Shown: positions 40,635 through 50,970 of the stretch, in pieces
How the letters are laid out: each line of letters starts with the position of its first letter
How positions within the stretch are numbered: position 1 is the stretch's first letter
Assembly: GCA_050273025.1 (NCBI GenBank)
Contig: CP158635.1
Location: forward strand, 23,746,001 to 23,810,000
DNA length: 64,000 nt
Origin: Cenococcum geophilum
Taxonomy: Eukaryota
Direction of reading: 5' to 3'
Program-made: the position numbers and the translations under genes
The notes under the pieces: generated by a model
The model's database searches: none
What the model was told of the DNA's origin: nothing
The model's input: only the letters and a program-made list of their open reading frames with translations

Positions 40635-40785
40635 TCCCTGAACCCGCGGGCGTCCATCTAGTAGATGGTCCGTGCGGAACACCAGAATCAAAAGTACGCG
40701 TGTGGTCACGGAGCCTTGATCCTATTGATCTGATTGGCTAAATCCTTATCGATAACAGATGGACGCAACTCGGCGGGTTAAGGGA
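40635..40785 (+). mobile_element. 151-bp MITE of the piggyBac-like family
   Basis: TIR TCCCTGAACCCGC / GCGGGTTAAGGGA with TA on both sides; shares accagaatcaaaagtacgcgt...gagccttgatcctattgat...cttatcgataac with 35033-35182. Confidence 0.85.
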
Positions 40786-41383
40786 TAGATTATGCGAAAA
40801 GCTTTCCTACGCCCAGTCGTAGACGCTAACAAATTATTAGCCCTCTACGCGGCGAGGTAAGGACGGTAGAATTACTATTTAGGCCTCCGTAGGCGAACAA
40901 AGACGTTAACCCGGCTCATTAATTAAGAGTTGTTCGTTTTACTCCTTATTAATAGGCTCGACCTGGCGACGATCCTACCAAACGGAAGCCCTTCACCAGA
41001 TGGATATACACCCCTGCTTTGGCGCCTACTATTATCGCATAATATCGGGCGCACAGATGTCAAAAAGCTGACCTGGCAGGCATCCATCTGGCCGATCTGA
41101 CCTGGTCAAAAAAAGTTACCAAACAAGCCCTGATGAGTCACGATGTTGCCTGCTATTTATTTTCATTCGAAATCTCCCTTTCATCTTCCTCAGTGTTATT
41201 TTTGCTACATCTAGAGGGTCTCTAATCAAAGCCTGAATGAAACTATTACGAAGCCTTCGCATAGCAAACTACTAGTTACGCGTTCTCGTTATTCAATCCC
41301 TAGAGATATCGTTTAAGCCATCAGACTCTTTTAGACCCATACGCATTCTCTTCTGTCTGTCACAATAGAGTTTCACTCTCAAG

Positions 41384-42436
41384 ATGGACACAACTCTCTA
41401 CCCAAAAATTACCAACAGGATAAAAGAGGTTCTCTACACTCTAAGTCACGACACAAACCCCTCATCCCTATCCGAAGCTGTCCAAAAGCTCTCCCTATCT
41501 GAAGAGACCGAACAACTTCCTCTAGTAGGCACAGTGAAGCTGCATGGCACGCACGCCGACATACTCATCTACCCAAATGACGATGCAATAGTTCTGCAGT
41601 CACGAAATTGCCTTAATATAAGCACGCAAGCGGATAACCACGGGTTTGCAGCAGCCATGCAGCATAGGTCGAAGAATGTGGTACGGCTCCGCGACCGATA
41701 CTATGCGCGTTACAGGGAGTTGAATCATGACACCCAAATCGACCCGAATCGCGCCCTCATCATTGCCGGGGAATGGATAGGTGAAAAAATTCAAAAGGGA
41801 GTGGCGCTTGTCCATCTCTCAAGGCGTTTCGTGATCATTTCCGCCAACATCAACGGCCAGTGGCTGCCAGATGAGGATTACGCGGACATCCACGACGAGG
41901 AAGCGGAGATCTACAACATCTCGCGAGCAGGCTTCTACCATGCCATTCTTGACAAATCAGATGTAGAAAAGACCGAGCAGGAGTTAGAGAAGTTAGCAGA
42001 AGATGTGGCAGTTAGCTGCCCGTTCGCTGCCACTTTCGGTGTTGCCGGAAAAGGAGAAGGGATTGTTTGGAAGATAAAATCGTACTGCGGTGATCCAAGG
42101 ACATGGTTTAAAACTAAAGGTGGGAAGTTCAAGCCAACATATACGCCGACGCCTCGAGAGGGACCTCCAGCGGATGATAAACTGGCCGAGAAGGAGACCA
42201 TGGCGGTGAAATTTGCGGAAGCGTGGTGCTCAGAGCAGAGGTTAGAGCAAGGTTGGGATTATCTGAGGGAGAAAGGGCTCTCGCAAGACATGAAGAGTAT
42301 AGGAATCTTCTTGACATGGGTCACCGAAGATATTCTCGTAGAGGAGAAATGGGACATTGATAAACACGAGATGGATACTAAGCTGCTAAAGGCAGACATA
42401 ATTCGTATTGCGAAACCATGGTATTTGAAACAGTAA
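41384..42436 (+). CDS. Rnl2-like ATP-dependent RNA ligase family protein
   Basis: Intronless 350-aa ORF with nucleotidyltransferase motifs: I KLHGT, Ia QSRN, III GEWIG, IV EGIVWK, V FKTKG. Confidence 0.8.
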   Translation: MDTTLYPKITNRIKEVLYTLSHDTNPSSLSEAVQKLSLSEETEQLPLVGTVKLHGTHADILIYPNDDAIVLQSRNCLNISTQADNHGFAAAMQHRSKNVVRLRDRYYARYRELNHDTQIDPNRALIIAGEWIGEKIQKGVALVHLSRRFVIISANINGQWLPDEDYADIHDEEAEIYNISRAGFYHAILDKSDVEKTEQELEKLAEDVAVSCPFAATFGVAGKGEGIVWKIKSYCGDPRTWFKTKGGKFKPTYTPTPREGPPADDKLAEKETMAVKFAEAWCSEQRLEQGWDYLREKGLSQDMKSIGIFLTWVTEDILVEEKWDIDKHEMDTKLLKADIIRIAKPWYLKQ

Positions 42437-42715
42437 GCAACCTAGGGTTTTCTAGGGTCAGTCACGCTGCGGCGGCTACTTGACGGATGTTGTTCGTAGT
42501 GAATTCCACTTTCCGGCTAGTAAATGAAGGATGATTTTCGGCTTGCTTGAAGGTTCAAAAAATGAAAACGTACCTCAGAAAGTTCACACAAGTTGGTCGA
42601 TCTACACCAACATCATTTATCAACGCCAGAGGATGCTATTGTCAAACCGTGCGAAATCTTCACTTAAACAGAAATCTTGCGCTCTGGGCACTACTCCCAA
42701 CACTGCCGTGGACAT

Positions 42716-43705
42716 TCAACAAGGAGATAAGTGTTTCCGTGCATATTCCTCGAGCTCTTCTGCAGCTACGTCTATGCGACGGTTCGCATCCCAGCTGAGC
42801 AAATCTTTTATGATATCATTTGCCCAACCCTCCTTCTCCCCATGAGGAAGGAGCTTATCCCATAAAATTGGGCAGTCAGGCCAGTCCGCGATGGTAACAG
42901 TGGCATTTTGAAGTCTTGGGCCGCCGAGCGCTAATAGGCCCAGAATCCAAAATTGTCGTTTCCAGTCCGAAGATACTACATCTCTATACAGTGAAAGAGG
43001 CTTAAAGCGAGCATCGATTGTTAGATGCAACTTTCGGAGACCGCTTATTCCATTACTCAATTGACTGCCACTTTCCCAAATAGTGGGATTGATCTCAGCA
43101 TTCCCGATGACGGAGTTTACATGCAAATTCCTAATAGCGGCTGCTTGGCCTTGCCTTCGCTGCTGAAGAATATCAATGAATGCATGTAAATATTCCAAGC
43201 TCTCGAAAGAAAACGCATTTGAGGAGTACGGTATAAGGTGAGCTTCGTGATACATCTGTTTACAGACTCTCAAGCAGCGCAGGTCTAGCTGGAGAAAAGG
43301 CCTCTCGATCCGGAAGAAGCAGTCAGAATGGTGCTCCCAAAAAGTTTTGCGGGATCGTCGGCCCTCTCTTTTCCACTTTTCATAAGTGTGATATTCAGAC
43401 GCATCGGGCTCGATTTTGCATACTCTGGCTGTCCACATCTCGTCCTTTATGGTATCCGAAGCTCCTCCAAAGTCCATGTGCACCCACTGGCCACCCAGTA
43501 CCATTTCATAGATTATGTTGCGCACCTCCGCGGGGAGTTTTGAGAAGAATGGTGACTTTGCGTTATTCTGTGTCCGCTGATGCCTTTCAACCTCATCACA
43601 GGAGTATTCAGCATGTACTCGTACAGTCCCGCTTTCTGAGTGTATAGCCGTGTTCGGATGCAAGACTGATGATTCATTGTGCACATCTGCTCTTGTATGT
43701 AGCAT
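42716..43705 (-). CDS. DUF7730-like protein with F-box-like motif
   Basis: 329-aa ORF with SPFFSKLPAEVRNIIYEMVLGG and LRVCKQMYHEAHLIPYSSNAFSF. Confidence 0.75.
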   Translation of the reverse strand: MLHTRADVHNESSVLHPNTAIHSESGTVRVHAEYSCDEVERHQRTQNNAKSPFFSKLPAEVRNIIYEMVLGGQWVHMDFGGASDTIKDEMWTARVCKIEPDASEYHTYEKWKREGRRSRKTFWEHHSDCFFRIERPFLQLDLRCLRVCKQMYHEAHLIPYSSNAFSFESLEYLHAFIDILQQRRQGQAAAIRNLHVNSVIGNAEINPTIWESGSQLSNGISGLRKLHLTIDARFKPLSLYRDVVSSDWKRQFWILGLLALGGPRLQNATVTIADWPDCPILWDKLLPHGEKEGWANDIIKDLLSWDANRRIDVAAEELEEYARKHLSPC

Positions 43706-44086
43706 GCCGGTAGTTGCACGGATATTGAAGGAACGACTCTTTACTCGTATGACTCAAACTGCAATGTGGAACATCTAGTTAGAATCCGTATGAATCGATG
43801 CAGCCGAGACGAGTATCTCATTAATGACCTTCAAGGGCAGTGCTGATGGTAAGGCAAGTACGACCCTTCGCGAGGAGATGTGCGAAATTCTTGGGTCAAT
43901 TCTGCGGAAGTCGGTCTGTTCATTTCCGGGCGATCTCCCGAAAGTGAACATCATCTCCTGCGGCATGACCTAATGACCTTACCAAGCCAATAACAGCTGA
44001 ATTAATCAAGGAAAAAGCGACAGATAGTTGATGTCTTGCTGGTCCCCACTGTATTTCTCTCAAGCTGCAAGCTCATCACTGAAACC

Positions 44087-44929
44087 ATGTTGCGCTCGAA
44101 TCCGCCCTCTGTCGACTTCCTAATACTTGGCGCAGGCTGGACTTCAATTTTCTTGATCCCACAACTAAAGTCTGCCGCAGTAACACACGCGGCGACAACA
44201 ACTACAGGCCGAAACGGTACTATTCCGTTCAAATTTGAGCCTGATTCCACAGACACCACTCCCTTCAAGAGACTACCTTCCGCTAAAACCATTCTCATAA
44301 CGTTTCCCCTCACAGGTACCGGGCAATCTAAACGTATCACCGATCTCTATAGAATCGTTCACGGAGATGAGAACCGCTGGATTCAGCTTGGCTCAACCGA
44401 AATTTTTAATCAACGTGATAACTGGAACGATGACAGCTCTCCATACGACGCCTCCAATTCTAGGGCAATTGCAGAGGACGAACTACGGAATTGCGTAAAT
44501 GGCTGCGTCCTCAATCTCGCGGGGCTGTATGGTGGTAATCGCGTACCAAGGAAATGGTTGTCAAGGATTGCGAAGACGAAAGAGGATGTCAAGGCGAAGA
44601 AAGCTGTTCATTTCGTTCACGGTGAAGATGTTGCCAGGGCAATTATTGCCGTACATAAGAAGTATACACCGGGTAAGAGATGGATCATAGCGGACTTGAG
44701 AGTGTATGATTGGTGGGATTTGATTCAGACTTGGGGTGGCGAAGCTGGCAATGGAGAAGAGCGAGAGACCATGGAAAATACGGATTACGTGAAATGGGTT
44801 GGGGAGCTGATGGTTGAGGAAGAGTTGAAGGCTTTGCCGAGACCTCCGGAGATACTTGGGCGGAAGTTGGATTCGAGGTGGTTCTGGACGCATATGGAGG
44901 TTTGGCCGCATCAAGGACGACTGGTTTAA
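44087..44929 (+). CDS. NAD(P)-binding Rossmann-fold protein (atypical SDR/epimerase-like)
   Basis: FLILGAGW glycine motif, WIQLGST, SRAIAED, VLNLAGLYG, HFVHGEDVARAI; first ATG at 44087. Confidence 0.8.
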   Translation: MLRSNPPSVDFLILGAGWTSIFLIPQLKSAAVTHAATTTTGRNGTIPFKFEPDSTDTTPFKRLPSAKTILITFPLTGTGQSKRITDLYRIVHGDENRWIQLGSTEIFNQRDNWNDDSSPYDASNSRAIAEDELRNCVNGCVLNLAGLYGGNRVPRKWLSRIAKTKEDVKAKKAVHFVHGEDVARAIIAVHKKYTPGKRWIIADLRVYDWWDLIQTWGGEAGNGEERETMENTDYVKWVGELMVEEELKALPRPPEILGRKLDSRWFWTHMEVWPHQGRLV

Positions 44930-45302
44930 AAGATATAGTCAAAATATTTCCCCGGGTGATAGCAGCACGGCACTTGCTAGTTAGAAATACGGCGTTAAGT
45001 AGGCTCTAAGGGCCTAGGACCAGCCTTGGAAACAGCGGCATAATCTTAGGAAAGGTCTACAAACATTTTCCAAGTTTAGACCCTAAATTTACTGCCCGAT
45101 ACAAGTGGAGACGAACAGGCTAGTGATTGTAGAAGTGCTGTTTGGTTGTCGGAGAACGACGATGATACAAATTAATGCATCGCATGGACTTCTGGAGCAT
45201 CTTAAATGTAGCGGGAATGCTATCCGAACAAAGAGTAATGATATGCCAGCGGAAATGTTTAAAAACCCGGCATTTACATTTGCTCCGAATTTTTAGTACC
45301 TA

Positions 45303-45395
45303 TCCCATGTCCAACTGCAGGTGGTCCGTGCGGAACACTAGGGGCTTCGTAGATAATATAATTAATTTAATCATCCACCATGCCTTCTAATCGTG
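45303..45395 (+). mobile_element. Truncated 5' end of a piggyBac-like family member
   Basis: TA-TCCC start, subterminal GTGGTCCGTGCGGAACAC motif and ATGCCTTCTAATCG (45380), identical to the transposase start at 32238 on the minus strand. Confidence 0.65.
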
Positions 45396-46466
45396 TCTTT
45401 TTGGAACGCCCGTCTCAAATGAATCTCCACCAAGGATTGAGTATAAATATTAATATATAGTAATTCTTGATTAACGTCTGATACGGATCCTATCTAGGCC
45501 CACGCAGACTACTCCGTCATAGGGGGAAAACTTGTAATTTACAGGAAGAAAACCCTGCAGTTTGGGGGAGGAAAAACCCTATGAGCCACCTTAGTAGGAT
45601 GAAAAACCCCGGTTTGCTATGTCCGTCCGTAGCGGCGGCCCTGCGGGCCTACGGCTACGTCCTGTCCTCCTTAGATGTTTGAACTCCTTGGGAACTACTG
45701 CTTCCTTCTCTAGCTTATCCCAGCTAGGGTTTACTACGTCCTAGCTAGGCCTTGCCGTTCAATTGCTGTATACTTGTGGTTGTGTTCCGTATTTTGACCA
45801 CCCCCTGTATGCTATCTCTTGTTGACTATTGCCATATACGCCATGCCTTCCCCCCCCTAAGGCCTATTGAAGGCGTAAGGGGGATTCATCTATAAACTAC
45901 CACTATACCAAAAGGCGAGCGGGACGTGTATGCCTGAGTATCTTTTGTGCCTAGGCCCCAGTTACTAGGCCCTCGCCAAGGGTTACTACTCCTTGAGAGG
46001 AGACAGGAAAACCGTACGGTATTGTCCAGGCTGCCGGGTATTTGATAGTTGATGGCGAGTGACCGCATGCTCCGCGGGCGATCGCCCTGGGGGTTAGGAG
46101 GGGCCGTATATTTGCTCGTTGCTCGTTCGTTCGCAATCGCTCGTTCGTCGACGTGAGAGGTCGTCGATGCTCTCTACTGGGGGTCGGGGGATGTTATCGA
46201 ATGCCGCGCATCCATGTTGGATCGTATAGGTGCCTTGATAGGAGAATAGTGTTGCTGTTGTTCGTAAGGGGCACTCAGTGGTGGTTTTCGAGATCTCACT
46301 ATCCCATGTGAAAACTTTTCACCACCGCCTACAATACCCACCACCACCACTAGGTCGTATCGCACGCTGTGCGACGTCTCTGCGTTGGCTCTGAGTCTGA
46401 ACTTCGAAGACTTAGGTTCGTAGCCGTCACCACGTACAGGTGCAGAGTCCGTTTTCGACGGCCAAA

Positions 46467-46560
46467 TATTAATATATATATATATATATATTTGTTGAGC
46501 TTTATATCCCCCGTCACGGCCCTAAGACCCTAACGATCTCAGCTTCCCTCGTGTAAAGAA
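46467..46560 (-). repeat. (TA)n microsatellite with adjacent possible LINE 3'-end remnant
   Basis: (TA)n run at ~46473-46491 next to tttgttgagctttatatcccccgtcacggcc. Resemblance to fungal LINE 3' tails is from recall only. Confidence 0.35.
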
Positions 46561-46805
46561 AAATTAAACGCATTAATAGTACTTTCTACAACTTACACAC
46601 TTATAGACTAAAAACAAAATGCTATTTTAATTCTGTAATACATTATTTACTCCCACTTCCGAGCATACTAACGTTGTTATGGCAAACCATCCAGTGCGGA
46701 TCACCTGACACCGCGTTCGCGTTTTTCTTTCATGCAATCTCCACTTCCACCACAACTCTGCTCATCAACAACCCCTCCCCCTACCGTTAGCAGCAGCCGC
46801 CAAAT

Positions 46806-47450
46806 ATGTCCGATGCAACCCCCCGTATTCTTGCGACTCACCTTGAGAACTTCAAGCATCAGAATGTCCGCATTCTAGGCAAAGTTACGCAGCTCCGCGG
46901 CGAGAATGCGCAGATTGACGCGGGTGGGCTAATCACGATTCTGCTGGGCAGGGTGAGTATTGTTCTCTTTCAGCGCTTAGTACTCCTGTATTCTCCGTTT
47001 TGCAAGTCTATGAGTATAAACAAGCGTGACGGAAACGATGTTTAGATTTAGCTGAGTAACTGTTCGCAGGACTCTCATCTCACGCTCAATCATGCCGTCG
47101 AGATTATCGGAAAAGTGCAGCAAGATCTGACAATCAGGGTCCTTGCGAGCACGGATTTTGGTACAGGGGTTGGTAAGTTTATTCTTGTTTTCGTCTTTGC
47201 CACTCTCATCCACGTTCGTTTTTCTCGGCTCCTTGCTGGAAGAATTTCTGTTTTACAGTTTGGCTGCACTGAGAAATTTGCTTGCGACATTACCTCATCC
47301 TTCGCTTCTCCACCCTCATTTCAATCGAAGCCATCATGCTACCGAAATCTCAAAATACCCGATCTCTAACTCCTTATAGATTTCGACGCCGCGGCTGCAG
47401 TGGTGGATGCGACACACCGATATAAGGAAATATTTTACGGAGACGAATAA
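46806..47450 (+). CDS. RFA3: Replication protein A small subunit (RPA3/Ssb3), 3 exons
   Basis: Exons MSDATPRI...VRILGKVTQLRGE...LLGR / DSHLTLNHAVEIIGKVQQDLTIRVLASTDFG / DFDAAAAVVDATHRYKEIFYGDE-stop joined by GT-AG introns. Confidence 0.9.
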
Positions 47451-47787
47451 GCAACTATTCCCAATTATGCACGTGTGTCAGCACGAAGGGAAACGGAGGG
47501 GTGGGAGGGGTAAAGGCGTTTTGGAGTTGGTCTTGCGCATACTAGAGATGAAGTTTGGGGATAAGTCCGGGTTGATGAACTATGATGTTCTACTTTATCA
47601 TCATGCTTTCTATCTAGGTATCGTGATGCAGCGCAAAATAACGCTCAGCTAGAATATCCTAGATATGGACCAACCAAACGTCCATGTATCAATTGTGTAT
47701 ATTTCGCCACCGCTCCTAAAGTCTTGCTCGAACCCAAACTCCTGATCAATTATGCCCAAGTAACTCACTGCGTCTATCCAAATTACC

Positions 47788-50679
47788 TCAGAGTTTACTC
47801 CTCACAGCCTCGAGCCTGAACCTCACATCCCTCAGCCCCTTTCCCACAGGCCTCCACGTCTCAAATAAGGCCAAGAGCTCCTCAACTTCCCACCCTAATT
47901 CGCGCTTCACAAACTCCTCTTCTAGTAGCCCACGCATAGCCCATGGCAGGAAATATGGGTTTTGGTTCCCGCTGCCTATGCTCTCATAATCTTTCACTTT
48001 CAAGGCATATGTATCTGCTGCTTTATCTACGCTCTTGCCCAGTGCTGGTCCACCATCCCCACTCATGCCAATACCAGTTGAGGTCACGGGCCGATTACTG
48101 GTTGGTGGTATCGGTAACGAGGTGGTTTCGAGCGCATGCGAGACAGCCAGGTTGTACACCTTCGGGTCTTCGTAAATCCTAGAATGGCCTTCTCCGGAAT
48201 AAAGGGAGCCGGCGAGCGCAGGTGAGAGCTCGCGAATGAGGCCATGGTCTGGGAGGCCTAGGTTGCGTAGTTTGAGCGCGAAGCCGACCAGGTGAGTGAT
48301 GAAATCTGGTGCATGGATGCGGCCGTCGACAAAGACGGCGCGATATATGTAAGGATGTGTGATGTTTGAGAAGGTGGATGACTGCGAAGAAACACGAGTT
48401 AGCAGATTCATTTGACGACAGCTGACCGAGTGAACGGCAAGACGCAAATGTGGTGCAAAATAACTCACTTCTAGGGAGACCAGTTGGTCATCGATGCTCC
48501 CAATATAGACGATGCGTACACCATATTGGAGGACTTCTTCTAGTGCGCCAAGATACATTTGGCTCACTATACTCGTTGGTCTAGAGAATTCAAACAACTC
48601 TGTCGCGGTTCCTCCAAGATATCGCGTCCTATACTCTGGAAACGGTCCGAGGTTTACGCCGGCCATGGCACAAACTCCAATTCTAGCCGCGTTTACGCAA
48701 CCAAACTGGATCAGCTTCGCCACAAGCATGATAGCAACAGGAACGCCTTGCGAATGGCATGCTACCAGAATAAAATCTGCAGACTTGATATGCTCGATCC
48801 AGTTCAGTAGCAACTTCCAGAGAGTACTGACCCGGTCAGCAATGAATCCCTCGCCCTCAAGTGCCACTTTTTCGATTTTAGCTGAGTAGCCACGAGCTTC
48901 AGTCCATTCTTGAATTGCAGCTGCGGCAGCGTTGGCAAAACGAATGGATGTGCCTGTGGGCTGGCCAAGGACCTTTTGTAGGAGAGGCGTGGGGAAATAT
49001 CCATGAACGCCTATTGCAATAGCCCTTTTGATCTGTGGAGGGGAGGGTGCGATGTATAGATGCGGCGCCTCAGGCTCACCACCGAGGAAATACTGCCGTA
49101 TCTGCTGCCAGTAGGAAGGCTTTTGAGCGGGGTGATATGTACTACGGAATTCAGGAAGTATAAGATTAGGGGGTTCTTGTTTGGATGTTGACGCTTGTTT
49201 CGGCGCAGGCTGGGGTGCTGCGGCTGCGGCTGCGGCTGCGGCTGCTGGTGCGGGACTGCGTGCAGGGCTGATTTTAGATGGTGCTGAGGGTTTACTAGAT
49301 CTGTCTTTAGGCCGTGGAGAGCTGCGAATGGACTTGGCTGGTCCCTTCTGAGGTGGCAATTCTTGCTCGTTGAACTGGGCTGCTTCAGGGGCGGACTGAG
49401 ATGGTGTATCCGCTACGGCAAGTTCGCCGACTTGCTTGTGTGCAGCACTTAGATCTGCCGTTTCGTTTGATTGTGGCTTGTCACGAGACCAGAAGGCCCA
49501 CCCGGATGGCTTAGGTGGTTCTAGTTTTGTAGACGTCTTCGTAGAATCATCCACAGGCAAAGCGGCCTCCGGTGTGGTCACAATCACGGCGGGATTTGGT
49601 GTTGATGCGTCAACTGTCTCGCTAGATTTTTGCGTGCCTTGAGAAGGAGGTTGTGTTGTCGATTGTGTCGGAGCAGGACTAGCTTGGGCATCTTGCGTAT
49701 TGCTCCATAGCCAAAACCATGATCTGCTCGGTGTGCCCTTATCATACGCATTTGTGCTACTTTCACCATTGGTTTGAGTAATATCTTTTGAATCTTCGGT
49801 CTGTTTCATGGGTTTATCCACTCCAGTCTCTGCGGCTACCGCTTGGCCACCGGCGTTATCGCCCAATGTCTTCGCTTTATCAGCAGAATCTTCAAGTGGG
49901 GTTGATCCAGGAAGTGGTATTCTCTGAGCGTCTGCTGTATCTACATCTTTTGTAGTGCCCTTCTTATTTGTTTCAGCTCCATAGCCATCTGGTCTTGACC
50001 ACCAACTCCGCCACCCTAACGTGTTTGCAGATTGCCCTTGCGCTTCGGTTTTGTCTTTCTTTTCTATAATACCCGCCTTCGGAGGATCTGGAGGTAGTGG
50101 AGGATCTGGTCCAGTTTCTTTAAGAGCTTCGACTGTGGGTTCCTTTGGTGCTTCAGTCGGAGCCTGCAATGATGTCTCTGCCGGAGTATCTCCTAGAACG
50201 TCAACTATAGCTTGCGACTCCTCCGGCCTGTCTACCAAGCTACCTGACGTAACGTTGAGTTTGGTCATGGAGGCAGCGATCGGGTCCCCCTTGCTGGATC
50301 GTCTCGACAAAAGCTTCGATGGCGAGTTTACTACAGCTTTTGCACCTTCTATGACCAGCTCAGAGGTTGCACCTCCAGCGACTCCTATGCTCTCTTTTGC
50401 AACCTGAGCTACAGGGGGTGCTTTTGACCTCCAACTGCCACCGCTTCCATACCACTTTTGCCCCGACTTATTATTCTGGTCCTTCCTACCCAGCGTGCTA
50501 TTGCCAGTAGCTGCGCTGTTGGTGGTGGCTAAAGTATCTGTTGTCGGTGCTCTCGGGGGCGGTTTTGGTGCAGCTTCGTTGACTTCAGGAACAGCCGGCT
50601 CATTCAACGGTGGTAGCTCATCGGCGGTGCCAGAGGCTGGCGCCTTGGGGTTCGACTTGGACTTCTTGCGTGGGCTCAT
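47788..50679 (-). CDS. YML020W-like protein: disordered N-terminus plus alpha/beta-hydrolase-like domain
   Basis: IAIGVHGYFP, GQPTGTSIRFA, VACHSQGVPV, GSIDDQLV, GEGHSRIY, NPYFLPWAMRG. The ORF reads through an 87-nt GT-AG intron (48382-48468). Confidence 0.85.
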   Translation of the reverse strand: MSPRKKSKSNPKAPASGTADELPPLNEPAVPEVNEAAPKPPPRAPTTDTLATTNSAATGNSTLGRKDQNNKSGQKWYGSGGSWRSKAPPVAQVAKESIGVAGGATSELVIEGAKAVVNSPSKLLSRRSSKGDPIAASMTKLNVTSGSLVDRPEESQAIVDVLGDTPAETSLQAPTEAPKEPTVEALKETGPDPPLPPDPPKAGIIEKKDKTEAQGQSANTLGWRSWWSRPDGYGAETNKKGTTKDVDTADAQRIPLPGSTPLEDSADKAKTLGDNAGGQAVAAETGVDKPMKQTEDSKDITQTNGESSTNAYDKGTPSRSWFWLWSNTQDAQASPAPTQSTTQPPSQGTQKSSETVDASTPNPAVIVTTPEAALPVDDSTKTSTKLEPPKPSGWAFWSRDKPQSNETADLSAAHKQVGELAVADTPSQSAPEAAQFNEQELPPQKGPAKSIRSSPRPKDRSSKPSAPSKISPARSPAPAAAAAAAAAAPQPAPKQASTSKQEPPNLILPEFRSTYHPAQKPSYWQQIRQYFLGGEPEAPHLYIAPSPPQIKRAIAIGVHGYFPTPLLQKVLGQPTGTSIRFANAAAAAIQEWTEARGYSAKIEKVALEGEGFIADRVSTLWKLLLNWIEHIKSADFILVACHSQGVPVAIMLVAKLIQFGCVNAARIGVCAMAGVNLGPFPEYRTRYLGGTATELFEFSRPTSIVSQMYLGALEEVLQYGVRIVYIGSIDDQLVSLEVSYFAPHLRLAVHSVSCRQMNLLTRVSSQSSTFSNITHPYIYRAVFVDGRIHAPDFITHLVGFALKLRNLGLPDHGLIRELSPALAGSLYSGEGHSRIYEDPKVYNLAVSHALETTSLPIPPTSNRPVTSTGIGMSGDGGPALGKSVDKAADTYALKVKDYESIGSGNQNPYFLPWAMRGLLEEEFVKRELGWEVEELLALFETWRPVGKGLRDVRFRLEAVRSKL

Positions 50680-50970
50680 AGGGAAATGGAGGCTCGATCG
50701 ATCGATGAGACCGAACCTGCGCTGGTATTATGTTTAGTGCAAAAGTCGTACGAAGGATGTCCTGGGGGTTGTCACCTTGATCCCTAGGGAGTTCTGCTGG
50801 GCGTGGTTGTCTATCGTCATTGCTGAACGCCGCCGAGTGCTCGGGTTGGCTTGTGCTCCTTTGACTGGAGCTCTGCCGACCTTCACCGCCTACTGCTGGA
50901 TTTTGAAATTTTATAAAATGTCAGCATTGACACTCCGCGCGCACAATCAACCTCCGCAAGCGCTTCAACT

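Larger units (their letters stand above)
40177..41132. mobile_element. Degenerate non-autonomous TIR element (hAT-like ends) containing two nested MITEs
   Basis: Inverted repeat AGGGCTTGTTTGGTAACTTTTTTT (from 40178) and its complement (41108-41131); right end reads CAGGG on the minus strand; no TSD visible. Confidence 0.6.

Noticed and set aside
46518..46535. ccctaagaccctaac as telomeric repeat or telomerase template
   Set aside because: Only two imperfect units, no tandem TTAGGG array.
49218..49248. (GCGGCT)n repeat
   Set aside because: Encodes a poly-Ala tract in the YML020W-like protein; ordinary low complexity.
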